Shown here: positions 1 to 11,989 of the stretch, one piece after another
Layout of the letters: each line of letters opens with the position of its first letter
Position numbering within the stretch: position 1 is the stretch's first letter
Origin: Dendrobates tinctorius
Lineage: Eukaryota
Assembly (NCBI RefSeq): GCF_039654945.1
Contig: NW_027361676.1
Span: 49,290,001 to 49,354,000, forward strand
DNA: 64,000 nt
Direction of reading: 5' to 3'
Notes under the pieces: generated by a model
What the model was told of the DNA's origin: nothing
Databases searched by the model: none
Seen by the model: only the letters and a program-made list of their open reading frames with translations
Program-made: the position numbers and the translations under genes

Positions 1-714
1 TGCAGGATCTGAGTCCATGGTGGCGTAGTGTGTTACTTATGGTAGGCCTTGTTACATTGGTCTCAGCTCTCTGCAGTTCATTCACTAGGTCCCCCCGCGT
101 GGTTCTGGGATTTTTGCTCACCGTTCTTGTGATCATTCTGACCCCACGGGGTGGGATTTTGCGTGGAGCACCAGATCGAGGGAGATTATCAGTGGTCTTG
201 TACGTCTTCCATTTTCTAATTATTGCTCCCACAGTTGATTTCTTCACTCCAAGCTGGTTGGCTATTGCAGATTCAGTCTTCCCAGCCTGGTGCAGGGCTA
301 CAATTTTGTTTCTGGTGTCCTTTGACAGCTCTTTGGTCTTCACCATAGTGGAGTTTGGAGTCAGACTGTTTGAGGGTGTGCACAGGTGTCTTTTTATACT
401 GATAACAAGTTTAAACAGGTGCCATTACTACAGGTAATGAGTGGAGGAAAGAGGAGACTCTTAAAGAAGAAGTTACAGGTCTGTGAGAGCCAGAAATCTT
501 GATTGCTTGTTTCTGACCAAATACTTATTTTCCACCATAATATGCAAATAAAATGAAAAAAAAAACAGACAATGTGATTTTCTGGATTTTTTTTTCTCAG
601 TTTGTCTCCCATAGTTGAGGTCTACTTATGATGTAAATTACAGACGCCTCTCATCTTTTTAAGTGGTGGAACTTGCACTATTGCTGACTGACTAAATACT
701 TTTTTGCCCCACTG
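1..714 (-). mobile_element. Tc1/mariner transposon, 5' part (continues beyond window start)
   Basis: Minus strand from ATG at 346 reads MVKTKELSKDTRNKIVALHQAGK...RSGAPRKI (Tc1 paired-like HTH). Terminus reads CAGTGGGGCAAAAAAGTATTTAG on minus and abuts TA at 715-716. Confidence 0.9.
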
Positions 715-736
715 TATATATATATATATCTCAATA

Positions 737-2109
737 CAGACCAAAGGTTTGGAGACACCTTCTCATTCAAAGAGTTTTCTTTATTTTCATGACTATGAAA
801 ATTGTAGATTCACCCTGAAGGCATCAAAACTATGAATAACATGTGGAATTATATAATTAACAAAAAAGTGTGAAACAACTGAAAATATGTCTTATATTCT
901 AGGTTCTTCAAAGTAGCCACCTATTGCTTTGATTACTGCTTTGCACACTCTTGGCATTCTCTTGATGAGCTTCAAGAAATAGTCACCGGAAATGGTTTTC
1001 ACTTCACAGGTGTGCCCTGTCAGGTTTAATAAGTGGGATTTCTTGCCTTATAAATGGGGTTGGGACTATAAGTTGTGTTGTGCAGAAGTCTGATGGATAC
1101 ACAGCTGATAGTCCTACTGAATTGACTGTTAGCTGCTTTTTTCTTGCCATAATACAAATTCTAAGAAAAACGAGTGGCCATCTTTACTTTAAGAAATGAA
1201 GGTCAGGCAGTCCGGAAAATTGGGAAAACTTTGAAAGTATCCCCAAGTGCAGTGGCAAAAACCATCAAGCACTACAAAGAAACTGGCTCACATGAGGACC
1301 GCCCCTGGAAAGGAAGACCATGAGTCACCTCTGCTGCGGGGAGGATAAGTTCATCCGAGTCACCAGCCTCAGAAATCGCTGGTTAATCGCAGCTCAGATT
1401 AGAGTCCCGGTCAATGCCACACAGAGTTCTAGCGGCAGACACATCTCTACAACAACTGTTAAGAGGAGACTTTGTGCAGCAGGCCTTCATGGTAAAATAG
1501 CTGCTAGGAAACCACTGCTAAGGACAGGCAACAAGCAGAGGAGACTTGTTTGGGCTAAAGAACACAAGGAATGGACATTAGACCAGTGGAAATCTGTGCT
1601 TTGGTCTGATGAGTCCAAATTTGAGATCTTTGGTTCCAACCATCATGTCTTTGTGCGACACAGAACAGGTGAACGGATGGACTCTACATGCCTGGTTCCC
1701 ACCGTGAAGCATGGAGGAGGAGGTGTGATGGTGTGGGGGTGCTTTACTGGTGACACTGTTGGAGGTTTATTCAAAATTGAAGGCATACTGAACCAGCATG
1801 GCTACCACAGCATCTTGCAGCGGCATGCTATTCCATCCGGTTTGCGTTTAGTTGGACCATCATTTATTTTTCAACAGGACAATGACCTCAAACACACCTC
1901 CAGGCTGTGTAAGGGCTATTTGACCAAGAAGGAGAGTGACTGGGTGCTACGCCAGATGGCCTGGCCTCCACAGTCACCAGACCTGAATTCAATCGAGATG
2001 GCTGGGGTGAGCTGGACCGCAGAGTGAAGGCAAAAGGTTCAACAAATGCTAAGTATCTCTGGGAACTCCTTCAAGACTGTTGGAAGACCATTTCTGGTGA
2101 CTACCTCTG
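737..2109 (+). mobile_element. Tc1-like transposon with degenerate DD38E (Intruder-type) transposase, 3'-truncated
   Basis: TA|CAGACCAAAGGTTTGG terminus. ORF 1320-2027 has WSDESKF, TVKHGGGGVMVWGCF, QQDND and SPDLNSIE, with 38 residues between the second D and E. Frameshifts at both ends of the ORF. Confidence 0.88.
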
Positions 2110-2285
2110 CTTTAAACTGTATATAAATAAGGTTTCTTCAAATATTTTGTTATATTAGCCTGATGAAGGGACGTAAGCAGTCCCGAAAGCTTGCTTTGTA
2201 TCATCATTTACTATTTGTTAGCTGTTAAAAGGTATCATACCCACAAGATTCCTATTTTGTTTCTCTCACTGAGAACACTTTATAT
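2110..2285 (+). mobile_element. Penelope-like element 3' relic
   Basis: Contains a hammerhead motif followed by TTAGCTGTTAAAAGGTATCA, shared with the GIY-YIG-bearing copy at 29.5 kb. Confidence 0.65.
2157..2195 (+). ncRNA. Minimal type I hammerhead ribozyme motif
   Basis: AGC-CTGATGA-a-GGGAC(gtaagca)GTCCC-GAAAGCTT-GCT: catalytic core, 5-bp helix II, palindromic helix III AAGCTT. Confidence 0.75.
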
Positions 2286-2289
2286 ATGA

Positions 2290-2893
2290 TTTGGTAGTGG
2301 GTCAGTAATGGTGTGGGGAGACAATTCTTTGGAGGGCTGCACAGTCCTCAATGTGCTAGCCACAGGTACCCTGACTGCAGTTCCTGCAAGGTAAAGGCAT
2401 TTATGCTGTGGACTCGCTTGCCCGTTCCACAGACCTGAATCCAATCAAATACATCTGGGACATCATGTCTCGTTCCATCCACCAACGCCACGTTGCACCA
2501 CAGACTGTCCATGAGTTGACTGATGCTTTAATCCAAGTCTGGGAGAAGATCCCTCAGAAGAACATCCGCATCCTCATCAGGTGCATGTTCACGCATTGTA
2601 TGGAGGTCATACAAGCATGTGGAGGCCACACACACTACTGAGCATCATTTCCTTGTCTTGAGACATTTCCACTGAAGTTGGATCAGTCTGTAATTTTATT
2701 TTCCACTTTGATTTTGAGTATCATTCCAAATCCAGACCTCCATGGAATATTAATTTTTATTTACATTGATCATTTTTATGTTCTCAACGCATTCCATTAT
2801 GTAATGAATAAAGATGTGTAACTGGAATTTCATTCAGTAATATCTAGGATGTGATATTTTAATGTTCCCTCAATTTTTTTTTTTGAGCAGTGT
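2290..2893 (+). mobile_element. Tc1 transposon 3' relic
   Basis: ORF 2408-2641 ARSTDLNPIKYIWD...GGHTHY resembles the Tc1 SPDLNPIEH.W C-terminus; ends ...TTTGAGCAGTG|TA. Confidence 0.75.
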
Positions 2894-4009
2894 ATATTAC
2901 TCTGTGGAGCTTATTGGGGATAAAAAAACAAAACAAAAAAACAACCCAAATGATAAACACCATTAAAGAGAATAAAAGCACTCCCAAAAAAATTTAAGAA
3001 GTCATATAGAAAGAAAAATTGTATCACTGAAAATGTAATCTTCTCCCGCAAAGAATGTGGCCCTTCATATTCAAATAGTTTTTTCTATGAGCGTCCCGTT
3101 TATCCGGCTGAGTTTGAGACCCCCTGCTTTAATTTGTAGAAATGGAATAGTTCAGCTTGAAGGTGGTTGTTGGATATTTTTAGACTGTACACATTAAATC
3201 TAAACAGACCTTGCTGGAATTCATGCACACTTTATCAATTTAAAGTGACTTTTTAATGAAGGGTTTCTTTCTTTTGAAATACCAGGTCACAAACCGTCTT
3301 CTTCTCCGAGCTGGATTTGCTTGTCTGTATATCTCCCTGTATGCCACTTAGACTTCGGTCTGTTTCGCATGGCTGACTTTCCTTCACAATGGTGGCCAAT
3401 TAAGCTGCTAACCCGATGGGCAACGTAGAACAAATCTGCAGCGAATTAAAATAACGTTATGTGGCTTTTACTCTGATCTCATCCAGCATTTTTAGTGTCC
3501 GTATTTGTGTAAAAAAAAAAAAAAAAAAAGTGTTTTGGTTCTGGAAAATGTTCACCCCTGTGATGATCTATAGTGTTATGAGATGTGAAACTTTATCTTT
3601 AGGATCACCCTGTAGCAAGGGTCATGTCCTCCAATGTATATGTCAAATATCTGATGTCTTTATCTCACTGGTTGTTTAGTTGCTTGTAGGTTTACCATAT
3701 TCTAGCTCAGCTGTAATAGTCCCTTAAAGCTGTATGCATGCCGATTGGCATCTGGCAACTGTCCTGTTTGGGCTGGCTGAAGAACATTCTCTTAGTGCGA
3801 TTGTTCCGTGCTCATAGAATATCATGTTATCCACCGTGCATCAACAGTTTACATAGGGCGATCGATGTACTTCCTAGAGCAATGATTTTTAAGCCAACTT
3901 AAAAATCATCTCATTGGTTATTTCCGGCCTTTTTACCCAGACAAGTAGTTGGGATCCAGCTCTCAGGAAAGCACACTTCCAGATTTTTGCCTTTTCTAAA
4001 GGGGCTCGT

Positions 4010-4360
4010 AGGGTACTGTCACACTTGGCGACGCACCAGCGATCCCGACAACGATGCGACCTGGGAAGGATCGCTGGTGAGTCGCTGCGAGGTCGCTGGT
4101 GAGATGTCAACAGTCAGATCTCAACAGCGACGCAGCAGCGATACAGAACGATACGACGGTCGTTGGGACCCTGTCTCTCAGGTCGTTCGTCGTTGTCCCT
4201 GTCAAACACAGCGATGCATGCTGGCCAGCCGGACACCAGCTATCAAAAAATGGCCCAGGACATTCGAGCACGATCAGCGACATCGCAGCAGGGGCCCGAT
4301 CAATGCTGTGTGTCACACGTAGCGAGAACGCAGGCGATATCGCTGTTGCGTCAAAATCGT
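4010..4360. mobile_element. PIF/Harbinger-type MITE (partial)
   Basis: GGGTACTGTCACAC terminus and CAGCGA/TCGCTG internal inverted motifs; same family as 45876-46267. Confidence 0.65.
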
Positions 4361-4523
4361 CTTTGGTCTCTGCTCATATCAGTGTTGTTGTCATTTCACA
4401 CCTTAATGACCGAGACAATTTCCAATTCTGGCTGCTGTCACTTTGAGGTTATAACTCTGGAGCGCTTCAACATATCCAACTGATACTGAGGTTGATTTTT
4501 CCTGACATATTGTACTTCATGAT

Positions 4524-6071
4524 TGTGATGTACAATGTCTGCAAGATATATTTTCTGTTGCAATGTGCTAACAAATCCTCCATCCTAGGACATTGTAAAC
4601 TGTCAGTAGTAGGAATTCCTTCCCCCCCAGGTTTTATCAACCCTGCCACTTCCTCTGGAAGAGCAGGAATGTTAATTAGCTAGACCATCTTCCTCACACC
4701 ATTTGGCTTCTCTCAGCTGAAAGAGAAAAATGCGGGAAAAAGGTCTTTGTTTGAAATAAAAACTTTAAGAGCCTGCCCTGTGAAAACCGTACCAAGTAGA
4801 GATATGAAAATCATATTTCTGCGATCCGAGCAGACCCAGCTTCGCTGTGGTGCCTGTTGCAAAACTCTCGGATGTCCAGAACCTGAGATATGATTTGCGC
4901 CCAAATGGACGGTCATATCGCATAGATGTTTGATGTTTTCTTGATAGGCTCATTACGCTGGGTAACATGATACCACTGATGAGTCCATACCAGCTTCTCC
5001 CATAAAGTTATAGCTAATCTAAGTTTTGTAGCCAAAACATAACTCGGATAAGAGAGGTGGGATCAGCCCAGAATGCACCTCTCTGTGATGTCACATAGGA
5101 AAGTCTATAAGGCATTTCCTGGGCAAACCAGCACAGAACAGCTGCAGAGTCCGTGCTGACAAGAACTCAGATGAGCGGAGAAGTGCAGCTCCGCCTCCAC
5201 CCACCTTAAAGCCACATGGTCTGCCTAAGGAACAATATGGAACTGTGAGTGTAATCTCTTTGTTTTCTCCACTTTTATTTTATACCTGTACTGTACATAT
5301 TTTATGTCTCAATTTTATAGCAACTTTTATCTGTAATCACTGTCCTCTTTCGGAAAATAAATGAAATTATTTAGATCTGTCTCCATGCTCTAAGAATCGA
5401 ACTATACGCCTTTGTTAGATAATCGCTACTAATTCAAAGGGTTTGCCACGGACCCTCTTAATTTAACACTGTGAATTAAGTAACCGTGACTGGTGGCAGC
5501 GCGTTGTGCACGGCTATTGCGGCTTGCTGGCAGTCTAGAAGGGTCTTATATTGCTGAATAAGGGTCTGCGGCCACAGCATTGATAATTCCCTTACTGCAG
5601 AAGCCTAATTGCCGGTTCACAACAGGCAGCCCGTCCGGCGACTAATTATCCTAGGTGCAGTTCCCTGACTGAACTGAGGGTAAGGGGGGCGCCGGAGAGC
5701 TGCGAGTTCCAAAGTGGAACTGAGAAAGTGGGATATACATAAATCCCCGCAGTACTTGGAAGATTGATAGCAGTGGTGGGGCATCCAAATTAAACTCCCC
5801 CTGCGGCAAATTGTAGAGCGAGATTAGCTTGCTGGATATTTTTGTCACATGGTGCCGGTGGTGGGATAACTAAGATAAGCCCCAACGGTGCCTGTGATAG
5901 CCGTGTGCCGGCATTGTGTCACGTCCCTCCGTCCGCTGATACACCCGTGTCAGTGGTGGGATTGTGACATAGTGGTGACACAGGGTCCGCTATCCGTCGC
6001 GTTTTGGTGGCAGCGGGATCCCCGTTAGTGTCGCCCGTAAGTAGACGAACGGCGGTGGGCTGTTCGTCACA
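4524..6071 (+). mobile_element. Solo LTR (1548 bp)
   Basis: TGTGA...TCACA termini; perfect 5-bp TSD ATGAT (4519-4523, 6072-6076); removing it restores the host element sequence; AATAAA near 5356. Confidence 0.82.
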
Positions 6072-6844
6072 ATGATAGTGGTAACATTTCTTTGATATGA
6101 CTTGCGTTTGTGTGAAAAAAAACAAAATTTGGCAAAAATTTCACAATTTAACTCTTATGCCTTTAAATCAGAGAGTTATGTCACATAAAATAGTTAATAA
6201 ATAACATTACCCACATGTCTATTTTACATCAGTATAATTTTGGAAACAATTTTTTTTTTTTTTGTTTAAATTTACAAAACCATTTTTTTTTTCTAGGGAC
6301 CGCCTCACATTTGAAGTGACTTTGAGGGGTCTATATGACAAATACCCAAAAGTGAAACCATTAAAAAAACTGCTCCCCTCAAGGTGTTCAAAACCAGTCA
6401 TGAAGTTTTTTTAACCCACCGGAGCTGAAGCAATGTGGAAGGAAAAAAATTAACATTTAATTTTTTTTTCATAAAATATTTACTTTGGATTTAAACTTTT
6501 TATTATTTTCACATGGGTAACACAAGAAATTGGACCCCAAAATTTGTCGTACAATTTCTCCTGAATACGCTGATACCTTATTTGTGGGGGAAATCTATTG
6601 CTTGGGCGCACAGCAGGGCTCAGAAGAGAAGGAGCGCCATTTGATTTTTTTGAATGTAAAATTTGCTGGAATAATTAGCATGTTGCGTTTGCAGAGCTCT
6701 TGATGTGCCTAAACCATGGAAACCTCCCACAAGTGACACCATTCTGGAAACACCACCCATGCAGGGATATAATGAGCATTTTGAAACCAGAGGTACGACA
6801 CAGAAGGTGATTACATTAGGTCGTCATATTGAATATGTCGTCAT

Positions 6845-7037
6845 TAGTGTTGAGCGCAAATGCTCGCTACTTCAATTTGCATCGGTTGCGGGTGATCGAG
6901 TAACATGCTCGAGTCCATGCCTCGTATGTTTTGCAGCTGTTATACACCCAAAAAAATCATGTGGGGATCCGCGATCCTTCATGCATACCAGACCAACGGA
7001 TGCAAACTCGAATAGCGAGCACTTGCGCTTAACACTA
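6845..7037. mobile_element. Small hAT-type MITE
   Basis: TAGTGTTGAGCGCAA...TTGCGCTTAACACTA terminal inverted repeats. Confidence 0.6.
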
Positions 7038-7791
7038 ACCTTCATATTGTGTGTGGGGGTTTTTTTGTCCTTTTTTTTGTTTTTTACTTTTGAAAAATCC
7101 CCAAGTCTAACTGTAACACACCCCTAACCCCAACCCTAACTGCAAAGAATGGAAAAAATAAAAAGTAAAATGTTTTTTAACATTTTTATCCAACTAAGGG
7201 GGTTATAAAGGAGGGTTTAATTTACTATTTTTTTTTTTTTATTTTGGTCATAGACTCTATCTCAATCGCAATGATCAAAAGGAACTAATAAGAAAAAACT
7301 TCCAATTGTTGCCGGGTACTGGCTGGCAGAACTCGACCAGATTTTTTATTTTTTCCAGGAATATGACGCTGGGCTGGGTGACGGGGGTGGTCTCGTTGGG
7401 GGGGGGGGGGGGGGGGACATTTTTTCTCACTCTTCTGATATGTATATCCTGTCAGAAGAGAGAGAAATCATTGAAAAAGTCAGCACACTTTTTTTTTTCA
7501 GTGGATAACGGCGATCATGTGATCGGATATCGGAAAATCCTGTCATGATCATGTTCTCCGAGGGTTTCAGCTAACCCCAGTAGCCGAGTCCCCAGAGATT
7601 TTCCGACTCTGGGGGGTGCTACAGCCTATTTCCCGATCAATGAGGGAATGCGTACCCTTAGTGGCCACTGTTTTAATGCGTATCGGCGGTCGCTAAGTGG
7701 TTAAAGCAAATGCCATAATTATCTGTTGGATCTATTGTGTAACAGAAATTAAAAGTGCCATTAGATTGAGTTCGTCAGGATTCTAATAAAG

Positions 7792-8240
7792 CAGGAGTTC
7801 CCAACCTGTGGCCCGGAAGCCACATGCGGTTCGTGGGCCCATGATTTGTGGCTCACGGCTGTCTGCCAGCTAGGTGCATTAGCACTTGTTCTAGCAAACA
7901 GCTATCAAAAGATTGTCTCCTGATGGGTTGGGGGAGAGATATCGTAAACTGGAGATAGGCGGATGATGCTGTCAGTTAAATGGGTACGTGAAGCTGGGTG
8001 CAATAGTGTGTTAGCAGTGTTTGACCCAAGAATACTGAGTAAGGTTAAGTGGGAACCCCTGGTTAGAAGTATACTGAATATAAGGTAGGGGGCGTATGAG
8101 TAATGGGAGACTCTGGGGGCACATCAGTAATGGGAGACTATGGGTGTCACTATGGTGAGAAAGAGGGATACGGTCTGTATCTCGACCATCTCTCAGTCCT
8201 GAATGTGGGACTCAAGGTAAAACATGTTGGGGACCATTAC
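7792..8240. mobile_element. hAT/Charlie-like MITE (degenerate)
   Basis: CAGGAGTTCCCAAC...GTTGGGGACCATTA degenerate TIRs, with similar ATAAAG-containing flanks. Confidence 0.5.
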
Positions 8241-8891
8241 TATAAAGAATGATGGTTCACCCAAAGTAATCTTGTATCTTTTAATTCTCATGTACTTCCC
8301 CTTTTAAGAAGATTGTTATTACCTTGATAGAATCTATAGTTGGTAAAAAGGGCCACTGTCTAACAGGTATCGCTAAGTAAATAAGGAACATCGGTCACGG
8401 ATAGCGAAACTCCTTGTTCTTTCGAAATATACCCATAATGAGTCTTTATTGTAAATTTATAGCTTATACTCCTTGTAATTTAATCATCAGATGTGTTGTA
8501 ATATAGTCCTTGCCTCCAGGGGTCATCCACACTGTAGTCAGCCAAAGGAAGCATTAATTAAACTTTAACAATGGTAAATGTGAAATTGGCAGGCATAGCA
8601 CCCAGGGAAGCAGAACTGTGATCCTGCATTAGTAGGAACCAGTTAAAAAATGAATACAATCGCTGGACAGTTGGGTATCTGTTTATAGAATATTCCTCTT
8701 TTAAAACAAACTGATGTCCTTGCACAAAATTACCTCTAAATGCCCCAAAAAGCTGAGTTTGCTTTGCTGCTCCATGTGCACTTGAGTTGAGATGCTTTCT
8801 AATGAAAATGTTGCAGTAAGCGTGTATAACCTTTTGAGAAAATGATGTTTAGAAAATATGATAGAATGTTATCGTGAAGACTTATCGAAGT

Positions 8892-9040
8892 TATCCCATG
8901 CCGTCCATAGCTGGAAGTGAGAAGAACCGATGTCATAGCCCTATCCCATGCCGTCCATAGCTGGAAGTGAGAAGAACCGATGTCATAGCCCTATCCCATG
9001 CCATCCATAGCCGGAAGTGAGAAGAGTCGATGACACAGCC
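8892..9040. repeat. 50-bp tandem repeat x3
   Basis: TATCCCATGCCGTCCATAGCTGGAAGTGAGAAGAACCGATGTCATAGCCC starting at 8892, 8942 and 8992. Confidence 0.95.
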
Positions 9041-9071
9041 AGCACGCCGTGCAATATTGACAAGTATCAAT

Positions 9072-11977
9072 CAGGGCTGTGGAGTCAGAGTCGTGGAGTC
9101 GGAGTTAGTTTTGGTCGGAGTCGGTAGAAATGTACCGACTCAGACTCCAGCTTTAAAAAAATGTATTAATATTTCATAATTGAACTTTCATATGAATTTT
9201 ATAAATGTTACTCAAATATATATGTCCTATCAAACTATGAACAGTGATAAGCAGTTCTGCTGGAGATAGAGACATTTCTTACTTCTTGTGTGTCACTGTT
9301 CTCCACTGCCCTTATCTAATCTTATACTTGGTTAACCTCATGCTGCCCCAACCCCCCTACTTACAATGTATGAAACTGAAAGTGAAAATGTGTTGCAAAT
9401 TCTTAGTAGTGTAGCTCCTCCTCTAGACTAGATCATAGTCTTCCAAGCATCTCACAGCTGCCTGCTACTCAGAAGAGGAAGACTGTAAGAAGTATTATCC
9501 TTTCAACAAACTTTGCATCAGTTAACTGTGAGTACATGAGGAATAATAACAGTATTACTGACCACTATATCAGTTGTACGACCTGGCAATAATTTTGTAC
9601 AATTGTTTTTAGGAAAAACAATTGTCATTTGGATTGTGAATGCAGAATTAAAAACCTGAGAATGTCAAAGAAGCATCACATTAAATCAGCTGTATTTGAA
9701 CATTTCACCATCACTCAAGATAGAAAACATTATGTCTGTCAGTGTATGACAAATGATCCAGACGAAAACAAATGCTGTGAAGCCAAGATGAGTGCATATT
9801 CAGGCAAAGATAAAAATGCTCCTACCAGAGCTTCTAATCTAAAGAGACATTTACAGCGCTTTCATCCAGAAGTACTGAAAGCAGTGGATGAGAAAGACTG
9901 CATCCAAACCAATGAACCAGTGCCCAGCTCTTCCAGCCAAACAAAGGAGCAGAGAACTTTGCAGCCATCAGTTGCAAGATATTTTGTCAGTGACAAAGTT
10001 ACTGTGACAATGACAGTAGATACATTTAAAAAACAGATCATAGAGCTTGTTGTAAAGGATAGTGTGCCTATTTCATTATTTTCACGACCAGCTTTTATGT
10101 GTCTGAATGGGGAAATGGCCCGCAAGCTTGGTGTTTCTCTGGAGAGAGAGAGAGAATTAGAAAATTAGTAATCGAAGAAGCTTTTAAACAAAAGGAAGAA
10201 CTTAAAAAATATCTCAAGGGACGCTTTCTGTTTCTTAAAATGGATGCCTGCACACGTCACAGAGTGAACTATTTTGCCATCAATGTCCAATTTGTTTGTG
10301 ACAAAAATGAAATAGTTACCAAGACATTGGCAGTAAAAGACACCAAAGCTCATCACACCAGTGAGTTTCTCCAGGTCTTGGTGGAAAAGGTTCTGCAAGA
10401 CGATGAACGTAAAAAAGAGCAAGTTCTTTCTGTCGTAACGGACAGTGCTTCAAATATTATAAGTACTACTAAGCTAATGAATGAGTGTAATGGTGACCAG
10501 CAGCTAGAAGAACATTCTGGGTCCACAGACACAGAAATGTTTGAAATAGAGGAACACAGTATTGTAACTGAGGAGCAAACTGAAGTTGCTTCAGATGAAC
10601 AGCAACATAATAGTTTAGATGATCTTGTTGAAAATGTGTCAATATGTTCTTTCATTCATCACATGCGCTGTGTTGTGCATACGCTACAGCTGGCTATAAG
10701 AGACAGTCTGCAAGAAGGACATGCTGCTGCACTGATTGGCAAAGTGAGAAAATTGGCTACTGTTGCCAGAACCCCTAAAGTTGACTCAATTTCGAAGAGA
10801 CGTGCTGGAAAAGGGGCAATTGATCAAGCCACACGATGGGGCAGTACTTACTTAATGATTCAGCGCTTGGTTGAACTGAAAACCTTTCTTGTAGACATGG
10901 CTAACCCTCAACTGACGCTAAATGAAAGTCAGTGGAATCAGGTGACTGAGCTGGAAAAATTGCTAGAGCACCCATTTACAGTGACTAAAAAATTACAAGC
11001 AGAGGACTTAACTCCAGGTATTTTCTTAAAGGAGTGGAAGAACCTGACGTTTCGCCTGTCCCAAAGAGGAGGGTTAATTGCAAGTGGCATTGCTACATCA
11101 ATGAAACGGAGAGAGGAGCTACTATTACAAAATAACATTCTTTTGGCAGCTGTTTATGTAGACCCAATGCATCGGATTCTTCTAGATGATCAACAGCTAA
11201 GTAAAGGAAAAGAAGCTCTGTTTGAAATAGCAGTAAGGATGAAAGGGTTGCAGAACAGTCAGGAGGAACAAGAAGAATTTGGTCGTCCTGCCACATCTTC
11301 ACCCTCATCATCAACTGATGAAGAATTTAATTTCGAAAAATATTTGGATCACAAGGACCGTGCAAAGCGTTCCCGCATAGAAGAAGAGTCATCCCCATCA
11401 AGGAACACAGCCAGTACATTTCAGCAGAATTTTTCATGTGCACTAAAAGAAATTGAGAAATTTGACCGTTCATCAAAAATAACAGTGCAACAAGCGATTC
11501 CTCTGTATCCTGACATTGTCAGAGATGTTGCCCGAGTGGTTACTGCTTTGCCACCAACACAAGTTAGTGTAGAGAGGTTGTTCTCTGCTCTCAAAATAAT
11601 TAGATCAGATTTGAGGGCATCCATGAAGGAGGATCTGACAGAGGCAATACTTTTTTCTGAGGACAAATTTATAGATTTCTTCTTCTTAACTGCATAAAAG
11701 TGTTTATTGCATATTTACTTACAGTTTAGAAAAGTTTATAAAAGTTATTTGCTATATTCTAATTGTATTCTAATAAATGTAGTTTTTGCTCTAAGTGGTC
11801 TGATTACTTAAATGATGGTGAGAAACTGAATAAGCACGATGTTTAATATTTTACAACAGTAAATTTGTTGTTATGAATTGGCCATTTATGAAGGAGTCGG
11901 AGCCGGAGTCTGAGTCGGAGCCTGATAAAATCCAGGAGTCGGAGTCGCAACTGTGGCTTACCGACTCCACAGCCCTG
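9072..11977 (+). mobile_element. Full-length hAT DNA transposon (2906 bp)
   Basis: 15-bp TIR CAGGGCTGTGGAGTC / GACTCCACAGCCCTG; perfect 8-bp TSD GTATCAAT (9064-9071, 11978-11985); subterminal GGAGTC repeats; internal transposase. Confidence 0.96.
9662..11674 (+). pseudogene. hAT transposase (BED zinc finger, DDE, hATC dimerisation domain), frameshifted
   Basis: BED-like SAVFEHF...C..C...SNLKRHLQRFH; LKMD, VVTD, CVVH, TRWGS and PPTQVSVERLFS motifs. Frame break in the (GA)7 run at 10142-10155 and a probable second in the T6 run at 11651-11656. Confidence 0.9.
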
Positions 11978-11989
11978 GTATCAATACAA

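Larger units (their letters stand above)
4398..7700 (+). mobile_element. Non-autonomous piggyBac-like (TTAA) element, split by a solo LTR and a small hAT MITE
   Basis: 4398-4523 and 6072-7700 match the 55354-60200 family; ends AAGTGG|TTAA; CCCTAA-like hexamers at ~7124-7140. Confidence 0.7.

Noticed and set aside
30-437. 135-aa hydrophobic ORF on plus strand
   Set aside because: Antisense shadow of the Tc1 transposase.
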